From assembly GCA_964019335.1 (NCBI GenBank), contig OZ025649.1:806001-870000 (forward strand): DNA of 64,000 bases, written 5' to 3'. The position numbers were made by a program, and so were the translations under genes. Below, one piece after another: positions 36,846 to 49,320 of this stretch. A model generated the notes under the pieces. That model was not told the DNA's origin. It searched no databases and worked only from the letters and a program-made list of their open reading frames with translations. Every line of letters begins with the position of its first letter. Position 1 is the first letter of the stretch. The stretch comes from Diplonema japonicum (lineage: Eukaryota > Protista > Euglenozoa: Diplonemea).

Positions 36846-37811
36846 TTTTTTTTTTTTTTCCGCTTTTTTTCTTTTCTTTTCCCGCACGGGTCTACCCCTC
36901 CTTCCCTCGATGGGTTGCCCTGTTACAGAGCCTGCGTGCCGGCTCTTTTTTTTGTTTTTGTTTTTGTTTTGTTTATTTTATTCCTGTGATCAAGTAGACG
37001 CTGCTTGTGCAGGGCGCCATCTACGACGCTGATGAACAGAAAGTGAACACTGGCAGCGTTATGTGTTACAAATAAGACTCTTTTTATTAGGTAAGAAGTT
37101 TGTAAACAGAGAATAACGCTGCTTATTCTTTTTTTTCTATTCCACTTAGCAACCCGACCTCTTATTAGTTTAGTTTTTTTTTTTTTTTTTCCTTCCCCTC
37201 TTGACTCTGCACACCGCGAACCGGAAAAGCCATTTGGAACGGAGGAAGGTTGATACGGGCTTGATTGCCTCGTACTCGGCCGTCTCCGGAGTGAAGGGCT
37301 TCTCGGCGGTTTCAAACCTGCCTTCATGAGTTAACTAGCAAACCAACAAGTATTCGCCCCTCCCTCCCCAGGGTTTTGGGAACTTCTTCCGTTTCCACAT
37401 GTTCGTGCACATTAGGGGTGAAAGTGATTTATAAACTTCTACACTTTTGTGCCATTTTTGAACAAGGATGTAACCAAAAACAGGGCCCGGATTTCTTTTT
37501 TATACTTCATATTATCTTAAATTTCTTTTTTATATTTTCTTTTCTACTCCGCCCTTCTTTTTTCTCTAGAACCTTTGCGTTGTTGATGTCTGCACTGCAA
37601 TGGGACAGCAAGGCCTGCTATTGTAAGAAAGAGAAGAGAGACCGTCAGAAAAGGGTCCCTGAGGAGGAGCACTCTAAGGGTAGCCAACGGACGGTGTAAG
37701 ATAAATACTCGGCAAACAAGGTCCAGTCTGGAGGAGAGCGGCACAACCCAACTCTTTTATGTTTTACGTTGCCCTTTCTTTATCACATACACAGGTCGGG
37801 GGGGAGGGCAT

Positions 37812-40163
37812 ATGTTCGACTTTTTTAGGGATTATGTCAACTACCCTGTTCTCCCGTCTGACAGCGAGTTGGAAAAGAGACGGAAGAATATTCTGGTAGC
37901 TTTCTACTCTTTCGTGACGGTCTCGTGCAACGTAGTAGCCCTAGCTGTGCCCTTAAAGCTCAGCGCGTATCTCAGCTACTTCATGGTTGCCCTTTCGGTG
38001 GTGGCGCTGGCACACGTAATGTACTCAAAGCGCCTGACCTCGTTAACAATCAAGTTGTACATCATTTGCTGTGCCAGTGTTCTCACCTTTTACGACCTCG
38101 CCACTGCCGCCGACAACACAAACCGTGCGTGGCCAGTTCATGTCATTCTCGTTGACATCCTACTTGTCACACGTATTGAGGCTTCCTTCAGCAAGGGCCT
38201 TGTTCTCTTTGTGGTCATCTACCTTACTATCACGAGCGTTGAAAGTGCTTTCCGCTTCGGTCTCTATGACCTTCCTTTCCTCTCTTCTCAGGCTCAGCGT
38301 CATGAGTTTGTTGACTGTGGTAGTCTCCCCTGCGCTAGTGTAAATCTTTCCACTCAAACATACACCGGCTTCATGACCACCTTCCTTTTGGACTTCTACT
38401 TCACAAGAGGGTTTGCAAACCAAATGGTACAAGAGAAGGCAAAGGTGGAGGCATCGGTGGATACTGCCGAGAAGATCGCACGCAGCCTTGCGAAATTCGA
38501 CCTTGATTCAGCTGAGGAAAGCCTTATGCACAACGCTTTACCTCCCCAACTGCACGCCGCGTTTGACAACATCCTCCAGAACCTGAAGCTCTACAGGCCG
38601 TTCCTTCCCAATGCCCTGTTCGAAGGGAGCAGCGTTGATGATAGCGGTAATGTGAACCCTCTTGTGAGCCTTATACCGCCTGGAGCCAACGAAGCAGGAG
38701 AGAAGGTGGCAGTTGTGTTCACAGACATCCGGATGTCGACTGTGATCTGGGAGGCTTGCCCTGATGGGATGAGGAAAGCGCTGAAGCTTCACAACAAGAT
38801 CATTCGGAATTTCATTAACGCATACCACGGGTACGAGGTGAAGACCATTGGTGACGCCTTCATGGTGGCCTTCACCTCCCCTACGGATGCTGTGGACTTT
38901 GGGCTTGCTGTTCAGAAGGGTCTTCTGGAGTGTTCATGGCCAAGTGATCTAATGGAACTGTCGATGTGTGAACGGGACTCTGAGGGTCTGTGGGGTGGGC
39001 TCCGTGTGCGTGTTGGGGTCCACTACGGGGAGGCAGAGGTGGAGCTGAATGCCATCACAGGACGCTTCGACTACTTCGGGAACACAGTGAATGTGGCCGC
39101 CAGGGTGGAGGCGGCTTCTGTCGGTGGTGGGGTTGCTGTCACTCCTGAGGTTCTGGCAGAACTCACAGATAGGTCCTCCTTCATCGAGATCCCTGTTGGT
39201 GCGGTCACTCTCAGAAATATCTCCGGCAGCAGGAACCTCTCTGTCCTCCTTCCTGAAGAGCTTCGTGGCAGAAGGTCGCGTGTGGAGCGGCACTTTGGCT
39301 TGCGTGACGCGCACAGCCAGCCCTCGCTTGATTCCTTTCAGGTCGTCGCCCCACGTGCAATGCAATCTTTGGAATCAATCACACGTCTTGAGAACATAGC
39401 GAACGCCACAGTTGGCTGTGTGGAGGTGAAGGTGAAGAGCATCCATGGTGTCGCCGACTACACCACTGTGAACGAGGGGGTGTGCCGAACGTTGAACTCA
39501 CTGGACAGGTGTGGTGGAACAGTGGTGGCGGTGGTGGGGTCCTCCATCACTGTGGGGTGGAACACTGCGAAGAAGACATCGACACACTTCGAGAGCTCTC
39601 TGCGGTTCGCATCATTCGTTCTCGGGAGGAGGTACGCCAACAGCGATGTGTGGGTGGGTCTGAGCAGCGGCCCTGTTGTGAGTGCGACGGTCGGGACGCA
39701 CGGGCAGCGGTTCGTGACTGTGATGGGGGACTGCGTGAAGCTGAGCTGTGCGATGGCGGCGGCTGCTGCTGAGTACAGGACCTGTGCGCTGTTCTCGTCG
39801 TCGTCGATGACACACTTCTTCACAGGGCTCCGGTCTGACCTGAAGAACATCCTGCGCCCCCTTGCGAATTGGGAGGTTCGTGCTGCAAACGGTCCTCGGC
39901 CGCTTGTGGTGCATGAGATCTCGATCCCCAGACTGCATAGTACTGACCTCGCGAGTATGGTAGTCCAGGAGTGCGAAAGCTTGAGATCAACAGATGAACA
40001 GGTAGACTGGTGCTGGTCGGATGCCTACTGGGAGGCCTTCACGGCTGGTGACCAGGAGCTCATCGAGAGGCACGCTCCATCGGATCCTGTCCTGAGCAGG
40101 TTGTTAGCGATGGGCAGGGGCCCCCGGTTCAATATTGTGGTACTTGTCAATGATGAGTCGTAG
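37812..40163 (+). CDS. Membrane class III adenylate cyclase, array copy 3
   Basis: Paralogue; catalytic motifs intact; distinct C-terminal tail. Confidence 0.92.
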   Translation: MFDFFRDYVNYPVLPSDSELEKRRKNILVAFYSFVTVSCNVVALAVPLKLSAYLSYFMVALSVVALAHVMYSKRLTSLTIKLYIICCASVLTFYDLATAADNTNRAWPVHVILVDILLVTRIEASFSKGLVLFVVIYLTITSVESAFRFGLYDLPFLSSQAQRHEFVDCGSLPCASVNLSTQTYTGFMTTFLLDFYFTRGFANQMVQEKAKVEASVDTAEKIARSLAKFDLDSAEESLMHNALPPQLHAAFDNILQNLKLYRPFLPNALFEGSSVDDSGNVNPLVSLIPPGANEAGEKVAVVFTDIRMSTVIWEACPDGMRKALKLHNKIIRNFINAYHGYEVKTIGDAFMVAFTSPTDAVDFGLAVQKGLLECSWPSDLMELSMCERDSEGLWGGLRVRVGVHYGEAEVELNAITGRFDYFGNTVNVAARVEAASVGGGVAVTPEVLAELTDRSSFIEIPVGAVTLRNISGSRNLSVLLPEELRGRRSRVERHFGLRDAHSQPSLDSFQVVAPRAMQSLESITRLENIANATVGCVEVKVKSIHGVADYTTVNEGVCRTLNSLDRCGGTVVAVVGSSITVGWNTAKKTSTHFESSLRFASFVLGRRYANSDVWVGLSSGPVVSATVGTHGQRFVTVMGDCVKLSCAMAAAAAEYRTCALFSSSSMTHFFTGLRSDLKNILRPLANWEVRAANGPRPLVVHEISIPRLHSTDLASMVVQECESLRSTDEQVDWCWSDAYWEAFTAGDQELIERHAPSDPVLSRLLAMGRGPRFNIVVLVNDES

Positions 40164-40288
40164 GCTTGCCCTGTACTTTGAGTTTTTTTCTTTTTTTCCC
40201 TTTTTTTGCCGAAAGGTTCGGCGTTGCGCTGTGGTTCTATTGTTTTTGGTTAGGGTTTTGTCCTTGTTTTTTTTTTTTTTTTTTTTGT

Positions 40289-40500
40289 CGGTAGCGCCCG
40301 AGTGGAAGAACGTCACAGATGCTCAGGGTCACGAACAGGCAGCAAACTGCCCTAGGTCGCCCCGGCTGGGGTTGAGCTGTACACCACACGCATTAAGGAC
40401 ACAACGCGGAACATAGAAGAGGCTACAACTCGGCCACGGTGCGCCCCCTGTAATCAGGTAGGCAGTTCTCATGCAAGGCGCCGCCAACATCAGCCTCCTT
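40289..40500 (+). repeat. Dispersed repeat R, 5'-truncated copy
   Basis: CGGTAGCGCCCGAGTGGAAGAACGT...CGCATTAAGGACAC...GCGCCCCCTGTAATCA matches the other R copies. Confidence 0.8.
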
Positions 40501-41002
40501 TAACTCTTATTTAGTTACCCCCCTTTTTCCCCCCCTCATTCTTCTTCATTTCTGCTTTTTTCTCTTCTTTTTTTTTGCAGAACAAAAAGAAAACAAAACA
40601 AAAAAGAAAAAGAAAGAAGAGCTCTTTTGAAACACTTAATTCGTTTCTTTTTTTAGAATCTTTTTTTTTTTTTTTTGCTACAAATATTTATCTTTCAAAA
40701 GAATGATTTTATAACTATATGCAACTTGTGCCGAGCAAAATGACTTTTGCTTTTTAAAGACCTCGTGCGAGCAACAAAGACATATAGTCATAAGTAATCT
40801 TTTTTTTTGCTACGAGTATAGTCTTTCAGGAAGTAAGGAAGTTGCGTACTATTACACGTATGCAACTTTTGCCGAGCGCAACAAGCTTTTTTTGCTCACG
40901 CACAGCACATAGCCATGAACAGCTATTTTACTTAAAATTCAACAACGGCAAAGGTTGCCAGCACAACCAAGTTTGGAATTATTATGTACTTTTTTTTTTT
41001 AG

Positions 41003-41330
41003 GTGGCGGGGATAACACAGAAATATGGAAATATAAAGAAGTACATCAGATGTGTTGTTCGCTGTTGACCTCCACGTCAGTCATCACCGGTAGCGCCCGA
41101 GTGGAAGAACGTATCGCAGATGCTCAGGGTGGCAGCAAACTGCACGGGCTCAGAATCTTGGTTACCAGGGGCGCCATGGCTGGGGTTGAGTTGCACACCG
41201 CACGCATTAAGGACACGACGCGGAACGCAGAAGAAGCTACAACTAGGCCGAGGCGCGCCCCCTGTAATCAAGTAGACGATACTTGTGCAGGGCGCCCTGG
41301 CACATACTGCAGGCACCCTTAAATAGTCTC
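41003..41330 (+). repeat. Dispersed repeat R, copy preceded by T-tract and AG
   Basis: Full R body, open in one frame (40984-41322), ending ...GCACATACTGCAGGCACCCTTAAATAGTCTC plus a T-run. Confidence 0.85.
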
Positions 41331-41352
41331 TTTTTTTTTTTTTGCTTCCGAA

Positions 41353-42617
41353 ATGCTAGCTGAGAACAAGGACAAATTCGCACATGTAGTGCGAGAAAAG
41401 CTAAGGTCGGGACGTGCGGAACACATACAGGACAGAAGACGCTCGATGGAGGGGTTAGACCGGGGCGCAGACCCACGCACGAACGACCTGTGGCGAGAGC
41501 TGATGAGACTCGGACCACAAGGAGCAATGGCAGCGAGAGACCCGGAGGATCGTGGCGGGAGGGGTTTTCTACACCCACCCAAAGGCGTGGTACCAGGACA
41601 AAATCACCAGACGGGTACCACCCCCAGAGGGCGAGCAGAGCGAAAGCGAGGACAGCTCGGAAGAGGAAGGGGACGAGACGCACGAGCGTGTGAACAAGAG
41701 ACCAACAACAGACGAGGTCACATGCGACGCGTGCGGTGCGGAGGAGGACGAGAGCAACATGCTGCGACACGCATTATGGGAATGCAGTGTGGCGAAGGAG
41801 GTGCAACAGAAGGAAGTACATGCAGAAGTAGTGGCCAACAAGACGGAAATGCCAATCTGCATGCAGCTACATGGAACGCTCCCGCGTGGTCACCGAACAC
41901 ACCAACACCGGCTGAGGAAGACGCAATACTACCTGCTGGAAGTGGTGGCAAAACGAGACCAGCTTCTCCAGGACAAGAGAATGCTAGAAACGTACACGAC
42001 GCACCCCTGGGAACAGATAACGGAAGGAAACGCTCATGCGCCACCTGAATGGAAGGAGCTGAGGAAGCATGTGAGCGGGAGCCTGATGATGAAGCACGGT
42101 GAAGACATCGTCAAGTGGCTCAAAAAGCTGAAGTGGTACGATGGACCGAGGAAGACGACAGTCACCACAATGGAACTCGTACTAGACTTCGAGAACACGC
42201 TGGGCGTCGAGCCGATCACGGGGAAGAAGGGTGATCTAGACATGATACAGAAAAAAGCGCGGAGTTTCCACGGCCTCCTGGAAAGAATCCAAGAAGGGTG
42301 GGACACAGCACGCATACAGAAGAAGGTCAGAGGCAAGCGGATCTTCCCAGCGGAGAGCAAGAAGAACCACGCGCTTAGAACCATAGGTGCGAAGAAGAGT
42401 CTGGGATGGAACAGAAGGCCAGTTTTTGCATCAGTGAAAACCAAGAAGGACCTTAAGAAACTGGGCAGAATGTGGCAAGAAGAAAGGGAGGATACTTTGA
42501 GAAAGGCAACACAGCCAAAAAAGAAAGAAGGGCCGAGGCCCCAGAAGGGAGAAAGGGGTAGATAAGTAGAGACAAGGGGGACGTTCCAAAACAGGAACCT
42601 CCTTTATCTCATCTCTT
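41353..42617 (+). mobile_element. 5'-truncated non-LTR retrotransposon (3' end, frameshifted)
   Basis: CDACG..MLRHALWEC zinc-knuckle (CCHC) followed by the shared domain KWLKKLKW..TMELVLDFE..IFPA..LRTIG..GWNRRPVFAS; short 3' UTR then T-run. Confidence 0.7.
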
Positions 42618-42692
42618 TTTTTTTTTTTTTTTTGTTAAAGCGATCCTGTCACATACTTCAGGTTCCCTTTAAAGACATCTTTTTTTTTTTTA

Positions 42693-43760
42693 GCGGATCC
42701 CAAAACCAACCAACTATGGAAAACAGCCAAAGACCCGCTCATGTCCTACTGCCTGAGACGGGTTATCACCGGAGGGGTCCCCTACCTTAGCCCGCATGCA
42801 GGAACGAATCAAAGAAGCGTCCCCCTGGCACCAGAAGGTGACGGCAACGAAGAAGTCGAAGAGAGCGTAAGCCAAGTCCCAACAACGACAGTATCACGCA
42901 CACAAGGGTTCAGGTGCGACCTGTGTGAATCACCGTACCCGGACACGGTAACCCTACTCCGCCACCAACTCTACGAGTGCGCCTGCGCACAGGAAGAGCT
43001 AGCACAGGACGGCTTGAAACCACTGCGCAACAGGACAGGATGGCCCCTATGTCTGGAATTGCACGCGATTCTGCCGAGAGGACATGACTTTGCGTACCTA
43101 GAGAAGCTGCAACGATACTTAGCCGTGGTGGTTGAGAAACGAGACGTAGAGCTCATGCAGAAGGAGGATGTCAACACACAGCCGCTACCGTGGATTCGAA
43201 ATGTGGTAGGTAAGAAATGCCCCGTTCCGATAGCTGGCGAGCTCGAAGGAGTGAGCGGGGTCCTGTCCCAGTACCTGAACCCGCTGCTACAATGGTTGTC
43301 ACAACTGCGCTGGGTGGAGAAGGACACCACCTCGGAGGTGTCGGCGGTGGAACTGGCCATTGACTTCGAATGGACGACCGGAAAGTCTTTGGGAGGCCTG
43401 CTGGAAGATAGGGCGCGCAGAATCAAAGCTCTCATCGTAAAGATAAACACAGCATGCAGGGCACGGAAGAAGCGACGCCCCTTCCCAGCGGACGAGAGAA
43501 AAAGAGTGAAGTCCCTCATCGCCATTGGAGGAAAGGCAGCTATTGGTTTCTCCAGGAGGCCTATTTTCGCCACCCGCTCCACGCACGACAAGCTAATGGA
43601 ATTGAAAGCCGACTACAAGCGGGACCGCATCACACGACTCCGCAAGACGCTCACGGCCTCAATCGGAATGAAAGCAATGCTCCAGAAGGGGAGTATTAAC
43701 AGATAGACCCCCCTCCCATAGGGCGGCCCTCTAGCGGGGGGCTTGTCCTGTACTTTGAGT
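42693..43760 (+). mobile_element. 5'-truncated non-LTR retrotransposon (ORF 42741-43706)
   Basis: CDLCE..LLRHQLYEC knuckle, WLSQLRW..VELAIDFE, PFPA..KSLIAIGG..GFSRRPIFA, ends QKGSINR*; 3' UTR ...GTCCTGTACTTTGAG plus T-run. Confidence 0.72.
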
Positions 43761-44459
43761 TTTTTTTTTTTTTTGAATTTTGGACTTTTCGCAGTACATA
43801 AGAATCTAAAATTCGGTTTGTTTATTTAATATCGACTCTGGTTTCCTGGCGTTCCTGCCGCGCCCCCATAGTTTTTTTTTTTTGTAGCTCTCGCAGCCCC
43901 TTTCCATGATGGGGCTGGGGAGACAAAGGGAGCGGGGAATAGAACGCAATAGATTTATGTAGGGTAGGTATACTTATGATCCATTTCCGGGTCGTTCAAT
44001 GTCATTGTTATGTTTTTCTCTTTTTTTAGGGAAGGGCGGGGTAGTCCTCACCCTGCCCTTCTACGTGCTGCGGACCAGGTTCCAAAAGAACCCCCCTCCC
44101 TCTGTTTTTGCGGTGATACGCTTTTTTTTTTTTTTTTTTTTTTTTCTTTTACCTCTCTTCTGTTTTTGAAATAGAATGACGACACTTACCTATAAGGCTC
44201 CATGGAGTATGGGGGGCTTGGTTTTTACATCATCGGTTTGTCCTGCACTTTGAGTTACATCACGGTGCGGGAGCATTTTTTTCTTCTTTTTTTTTGAAGT
44301 GACCGAACGGATGAGAATTTTTCGATGAGGTGGTTGTTATATTAACCCCAGAAGATCAAGGAGGGTCTTACATCAGAAGCCCCACTCCGCCATTTATATT
44401 ATCGTAGCGAAGCGACAGTTTCTTCAAAGGATCTAGATAGTATTTGTTTTTTTTTTTCT

Positions 44460-44845
44460 TAGCAAAAGAAGATTTGAAGCACGCTTTTTTTTTGAGATTG
44501 CATGGACTGATGAAGAAGATCTGGCACACATGGGAGCTAGGGAGGGTACTGAAGAAGGTGAAAGGAGGGCCTTCCCAGCTGAGCCGTGCACAAGGGTGCA
44601 CACACTACGATCCATCGGGAGGACAAAGGCGGTGATCGGATGGAACAGGAGGGCGATATTTGCATCACCGAAGACCAAGCATGACCTAGAGGCGTTGAAA
44701 GGAGAGAACGAAGAGAAAGAGCGGCCAGGCTGGGGAGAAGGCCGGCAAGACCACCAAAGGAGGAGAAACCGCTGCTGAAAGGGGATAGGTGCAGGTAGAA
44801 GATGAGAACAAGGGGGCGTCTCACAAAGACTTCCTTTAGCTCATA
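44460..44845 (+). mobile_element. Degraded 3' fragment of the 41353-42617 retroelement family
   Basis: FPAE..VHTLRSIGRTKAVIGWNRRAIFASPKTK; 3' UTR ACAAGGGGG..CTCCTTTA.CTC similar to ~42570-42610; (AT)n tail. Confidence 0.65.
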
Positions 44846-45508
44846 TATATATATATATATATTTTTTTTTTTCATCCTTGGTTTTACACACCAGCACTAT
44901 AGTTATGTCTGCAGATAGGAGTGAGTTGAAGGTACAATAGAAAAAGATAAATGAGCTCGTTGAACCTGCTTCGGTGGTCGAAGAGTCAGGTCAACACAGG
45001 AAGGTGCCTTGCAATTTGTAAGATGTCTCTGCTTTGGTTTCCTCACTAACGCTGCCACGGAGATAAGAAACACTCTACTGGGGGGGGGGGGGGGGGGGAC
45101 TTAAAGGCAGAAGGGTTGCACGCTAATGCCCATCTTTTTTTTCTTCTTCTTTCCTTTCTTATCATCTATCTGGTCTTCAGGTATTTTACGATTCGCGGGC
45201 TTTTTGCTAGAAGTGAGACATTAGACATATATGCGCTGACATCTCCTATTAGTTTCGCTTTTTCTTCTTCTTTTTTTTTTCTTTGCTTGAACAGGAAAGA
45301 AAACAATATTGATAAATGAATTATGAATTGTAATTGCTAGAAAAGAAAAAGGGTAGTGGTGGCACATTCTAGGTTATATATAGTCCCAGCTGTGCACAGA
45401 CAACAACCAACCTTATGTTACTTTTGGCGGGACGTTATGTTCCTCTTTTTTACTTTCCCCTTCTTTCTTCCTTTCCCCTCAATCTACATGTAGGTTTGGC
45501 TCTCAACG

Positions 45509-47869
45509 ATGTTAATCGGGCTCCTCAAGCGCTTCCTGGACTATCCTGTGGTCGCAGCAGACAATGAATTAGAGAGGCTTCGCAAACACATTATGATGGC
45601 ATTCTACCCTGCGGTGATAGTATCAAGTGTAGTTATTAACTTGGTGATTCTGACCGACATGGGGAAGATCACTTCTTACACAATGATCGGCATTTCTGCA
45701 GTAGGGCTTGGGCACCTCTTGTACACGAGAGCCTTGTCTCTTTTCACCATAAAGCTGTACATCGCGTGCTGCTGCATGGCGGTCACGAGTTACGACCTCA
45801 TCACTGCGTCTGAGAACACCAGCCGAGCGTGGCCCGTGATGGTCATTCTCATCGACATCCTACTCGTGTCTCGTGTGGAAGAGTCCTTCAGCGCTGCCCT
45901 CGTCGCCTACATTGTTGTGTACCTCACGATCACCGGTCTCGAGAACGCCTTCCGCTTTGGTGTCTACGACCTTCCCATCCTTGCCACGCAGCAGCAGCGC
46001 CGTGACTACAACACCTGTTCCTCCCTTCCCTGCAGCAACGCTCCTCTGTCGTTGCAGAGCTACTGCGCCTTTGTGATGACCTTCCTTCTGGACTTCTACT
46101 TCACAAGAGGCTTTGCAAGCAGCCTGTTCGAAGAGAAGGCAAAGGTGGAGGCATCAGTGGATACTGCCGAGAAGATCGCCCGCAGCCTTGCGAACTTCGA
46201 CCTTGATTCAGCTGAGGACGACCTTGCTGACGGGCGCCTGCCCCCCAAGCTACATGCCGCGTTTGACAACATCCTCCAGAACCTGAAGCTCTACAGGCCG
46301 TTCCTTCCCAATGCCTTGTTTGAAGGGAGTGGCAGTGAAGGCGCAAACCCCCTTGGAAGCAGCTTGATGCCGCCTGGGACCAGCGGTGAACCAGAAGGGA
46401 ACAGGATAGCAGTTGTGTTCACAGACATCCAGTCCTCGACAGCGATCTGGGAGGCTTGCCCTGATGGGATGAAGAAGGCGTTGAAGCTTCACAACAAGAC
46501 CATTCGTAGGCAGATTGACATGTGTCAAGGGTACGAGGTGAAGACCATTGGTGACGCCTTCATGGTGACCTTCACCTCCCCTACGGATGCTGTGGACTTT
46601 GGGCTTGCTGTTCAGAAGGCTCTTGTTGCATGCTCGTGGCCAAATGATCTCTTCGATCTTCCGTTGTGTGAGCGGGACTCTGAGGGTCTGTGGGGTGGGC
46701 TCCGTGTGCGTGTTGGGGTCCACTACGGGGAGGCAGAGGTGGAGCTGAATGCCATCACAGGACGCTTCGACTACTTCGGGAACACAGTGAATGTGGCCGC
46801 CAGGGTGGAGGCGGCTTCTGTCGGTGGTGGGGTTGCTGTCACTCCTGAGGTTCTGGCAGAACTCACAGATAGGTCCTCCTTCATCGAGATCCCTGTTGGC
46901 TCCGTTAGTCTGAAGGGTGTCTCGAACAGCAAAAGGATTTCTATTCTCCTCCCTGGAGAACTGCAAGGCCGGAGATCACACATCATGGCGCATCTGAAAG
47001 CGAAGAAGAGCTCGAAGGGGGATCCTGATAGCAGCGTCAGGAACGACGCGTCTGAAGCCTCGTCGCAGCATTCGAGCAATTCACGGCTGAGCGTGGCTGA
47101 ACAGCTGGCGCCAATCACGCGTCTTGAGAACATAGCGAACGCCACCGTTGGCTGTGTAGAGATTCGCGCGAGAGGCGAAACGGACTACACAGCAGTGAAC
47201 GAGGGAGTGTGCCGAACGTTGAACTCACTGGACAGGTGTGGTGGAACAGTGGTGGCGGTGGTGGGGTCCTCCATCACTGTGGGGTGGAACACTGCGAAGA
47301 AGACATCGACACACTTCGAGAGCTCTCTGCGGTTCGCATCGCTCGTTCTCGGGAGGAGGTACGCCAACAGCGATGTGTGGGTGGGTCTGAGCAGCGGCCC
47401 TGTTGTGAGTGCGACGATCGGGACGCACGGGCAGCGGTTCGTGACTGTGATGGGGGACTGCGTGAAGCTGAGCTGTGCGATGGCGGCGGCTGCTGCTGAG
47501 TACAGGACCTGTGCGCTGTTCTCGTCGTCGTCGATGACACACTTCTTCACAGGGCTCCGGTCTGACCTGAAGAACATCCTGCGCCCCCTTGCGAATTGGG
47601 AGGTTCGTGCGGCTGACAAGCCCCAGACACTTGTGGTGTACGAGATCTCGATTCCCAGGCTTCAAGACACGGACTTCACCCGAATGGTGAGGAGTGATAG
47701 CATAGACAGCCCCGGCTCAGGTGACTGGTGCTGGTCGGATGCCTACTGGGAGGCCTTCACAGCAGGGGATGTGGACTTGCTGAAAAGAAACGCGGACGTC
47801 GCAGATGACGAAGCAGTGGTCCATGCTGTGGACATGATGGGGCAGAGGGCGAAGGTTGTGTTCCTGTGA
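45509..47869 (+). CDS. Membrane class III adenylate cyclase, array copy 4
   Basis: Paralogue; catalytic motifs intact. Confidence 0.92.
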   Translation: MLIGLLKRFLDYPVVAADNELERLRKHIMMAFYPAVIVSSVVINLVILTDMGKITSYTMIGISAVGLGHLLYTRALSLFTIKLYIACCCMAVTSYDLITASENTSRAWPVMVILIDILLVSRVEESFSAALVAYIVVYLTITGLENAFRFGVYDLPILATQQQRRDYNTCSSLPCSNAPLSLQSYCAFVMTFLLDFYFTRGFASSLFEEKAKVEASVDTAEKIARSLANFDLDSAEDDLADGRLPPKLHAAFDNILQNLKLYRPFLPNALFEGSGSEGANPLGSSLMPPGTSGEPEGNRIAVVFTDIQSSTAIWEACPDGMKKALKLHNKTIRRQIDMCQGYEVKTIGDAFMVTFTSPTDAVDFGLAVQKALVACSWPNDLFDLPLCERDSEGLWGGLRVRVGVHYGEAEVELNAITGRFDYFGNTVNVAARVEAASVGGGVAVTPEVLAELTDRSSFIEIPVGSVSLKGVSNSKRISILLPGELQGRRSHIMAHLKAKKSSKGDPDSSVRNDASEASSQHSSNSRLSVAEQLAPITRLENIANATVGCVEIRARGETDYTAVNEGVCRTLNSLDRCGGTVVAVVGSSITVGWNTAKKTSTHFESSLRFASLVLGRRYANSDVWVGLSSGPVVSATIGTHGQRFVTVMGDCVKLSCAMAAAAAEYRTCALFSSSSMTHFFTGLRSDLKNILRPLANWEVRAADKPQTLVVYEISIPRLQDTDFTRMVRSDSIDSPGSGDWCWSDAYWEAFTAGDVDLLKRNADVADDEAVVHAVDMMGQRAKVVFL

Positions 47870-48185
47870 TAACCTATCCTCATCCAAGAGACACAAGGAA
47901 CAGACGAGAGAGCTATTCAAACAGGAGTCCGACAGCGTTGCCACATTTCATTCCAAACCTTCTATACCACTACAGGCAGCCTGCTCGGTCTATTCGGTTC
48001 CGTCTTGTGACGACACTGTCTTCGTTCCTGCAACATATGAATGCAATCGGCTTCTTTGTACAGTGACGTACGGCAGGTGTCGTGTTCTCTTTTCTAATTT
48101 TCTAGGGATAACCGGGGGATTTACTGCTGGAGTCTCTTGATTGAAAAGGGGGCCCCGCCCCTCTCTCAAATATTAATATTAATAA

Positions 48186-49320
48186 CCCCTAAACGCCCGC
48201 GCGGACGTTTTTGTCCTTATTTCAAAATTTGCTTTTGCGCTAAGTACTTTTTTTTGAACACGACCCCTGGACTTCAATATGGCATTGTTGCGCGGTTTAT
48301 TTTGTCTTGGAACTACATTTTGCGTTAAAAGTTTTGTTTTAATTGAAACCGGCAGGGTTGGCTTAAAATGAAATCAGATGGTCAGAATAGCAGCGAAAAC
48401 GTGAGTCACCCCTGGTCAGGTATTGAAGAAAAGGACGATGAGGCGGTCAAAGAGTGCCAGAAACGATGCTTGGGTGGGAGAAATACTCCCAAAGGCCCGA
48501 AACATATCATTTCCGTGAAAAGGTGGGCTTAGGACATCTCTAGGCGAAGCGGCCAATGAGGAGGGTGTTTTTAATCTTTTTTTTTACACACGCAGTACTT
48601 GAGCTCATAGTTTCTTCCACGAACGGTCGTTTCGATTCAAAGGAACAGCGGAATCTGAATCTTTCCATCCCAGAGTACAAAATTTGGCTTGAGTTGGTCC
48701 TGCTAATGGGTTTACGTTCGGCACCGAATATGAAGAGCTACTGGACAACAAATTCTATTTTAACCATCCCAGCTTTTGAGAAAATGAGCAAACCGATTCG
48801 TTGACATACAGCCCTACCTCACCTTTGACAACCTGGAAAACATCAGTAAGGCCTGAAACTACGCTCTGTGCTGTTCCTGGGTGCGGGAAGAAGGTGCAAA
48901 CGTGGTGCCCCTGTTAAAACCCCCTTATGCAAAACGTGTTTTTTACCTTGCATGCTACCCCAGCTGGAAAGAATTGCTTTTTTTTCATCCCACAGCCCCA
49001 AGAAGTCTCCAGACTGACCTCAATCCTAGAGTTCAGGGCACCAAATAGGGCTGAATGCTGCCCTTTTTAGCCCAGCCATAACTCCACGGACCCCCCACGA
49101 CACGGCCCCCCAAAATCGGACTTAAAAAGTACACCCTCAACCCCCCTCTTACACACATAGTTAAGTGTTCTCATCTGAATCTGGCACCTGGAATTGAAAG
49201 CCTTAGTACCGTTTACCCTTTCCTTGCACCTTCCTGAGGTTGCATGCTGCCCTTTTTTTGAGTATTTAAAGCAACAACGAAAATGGGGGGATCCGTAGAT
49301 AGGCTCCGGGCGTTTAAGGG
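48186..49320 (+). mobile_element. Internally deleted piggyBac-like DNA transposon
   Basis: 14-bp TIRs CCC(C/T)TAAACGCCCG; ATAA on both flanks; transposase remnant FFTHAVLELIVSSTN..LLMGL..PNMKSYWTT..PAFEKM (48556-48804) and a broken Cys-rich C-terminal remnant (CAVPGCGKKVQTWCP) near 48865-48950. Confidence 0.82.

Noticed and set aside
37240-37330. tRNA-like T-arm (GGCGG TTTCAAAC CTGCC) or ribozyme-like pairing
   Set aside because: No convincing cloverleaf or complete pseudoknot can be drawn.
40690-40920. Duplicated TATGCAACTT.TGCCGAGC motif
   Set aside because: Real short duplication, but no boundaries, TIRs or further copies to support an element call.
40966-41002. Second, decayed SL relic (AACCAA...TGTACTTT..AG) ahead of the R copy at 41003
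   Set aside because: Only short matches in low-complexity sequence; equally explained as an ordinary acceptor tract. Needs alignment of many copies.
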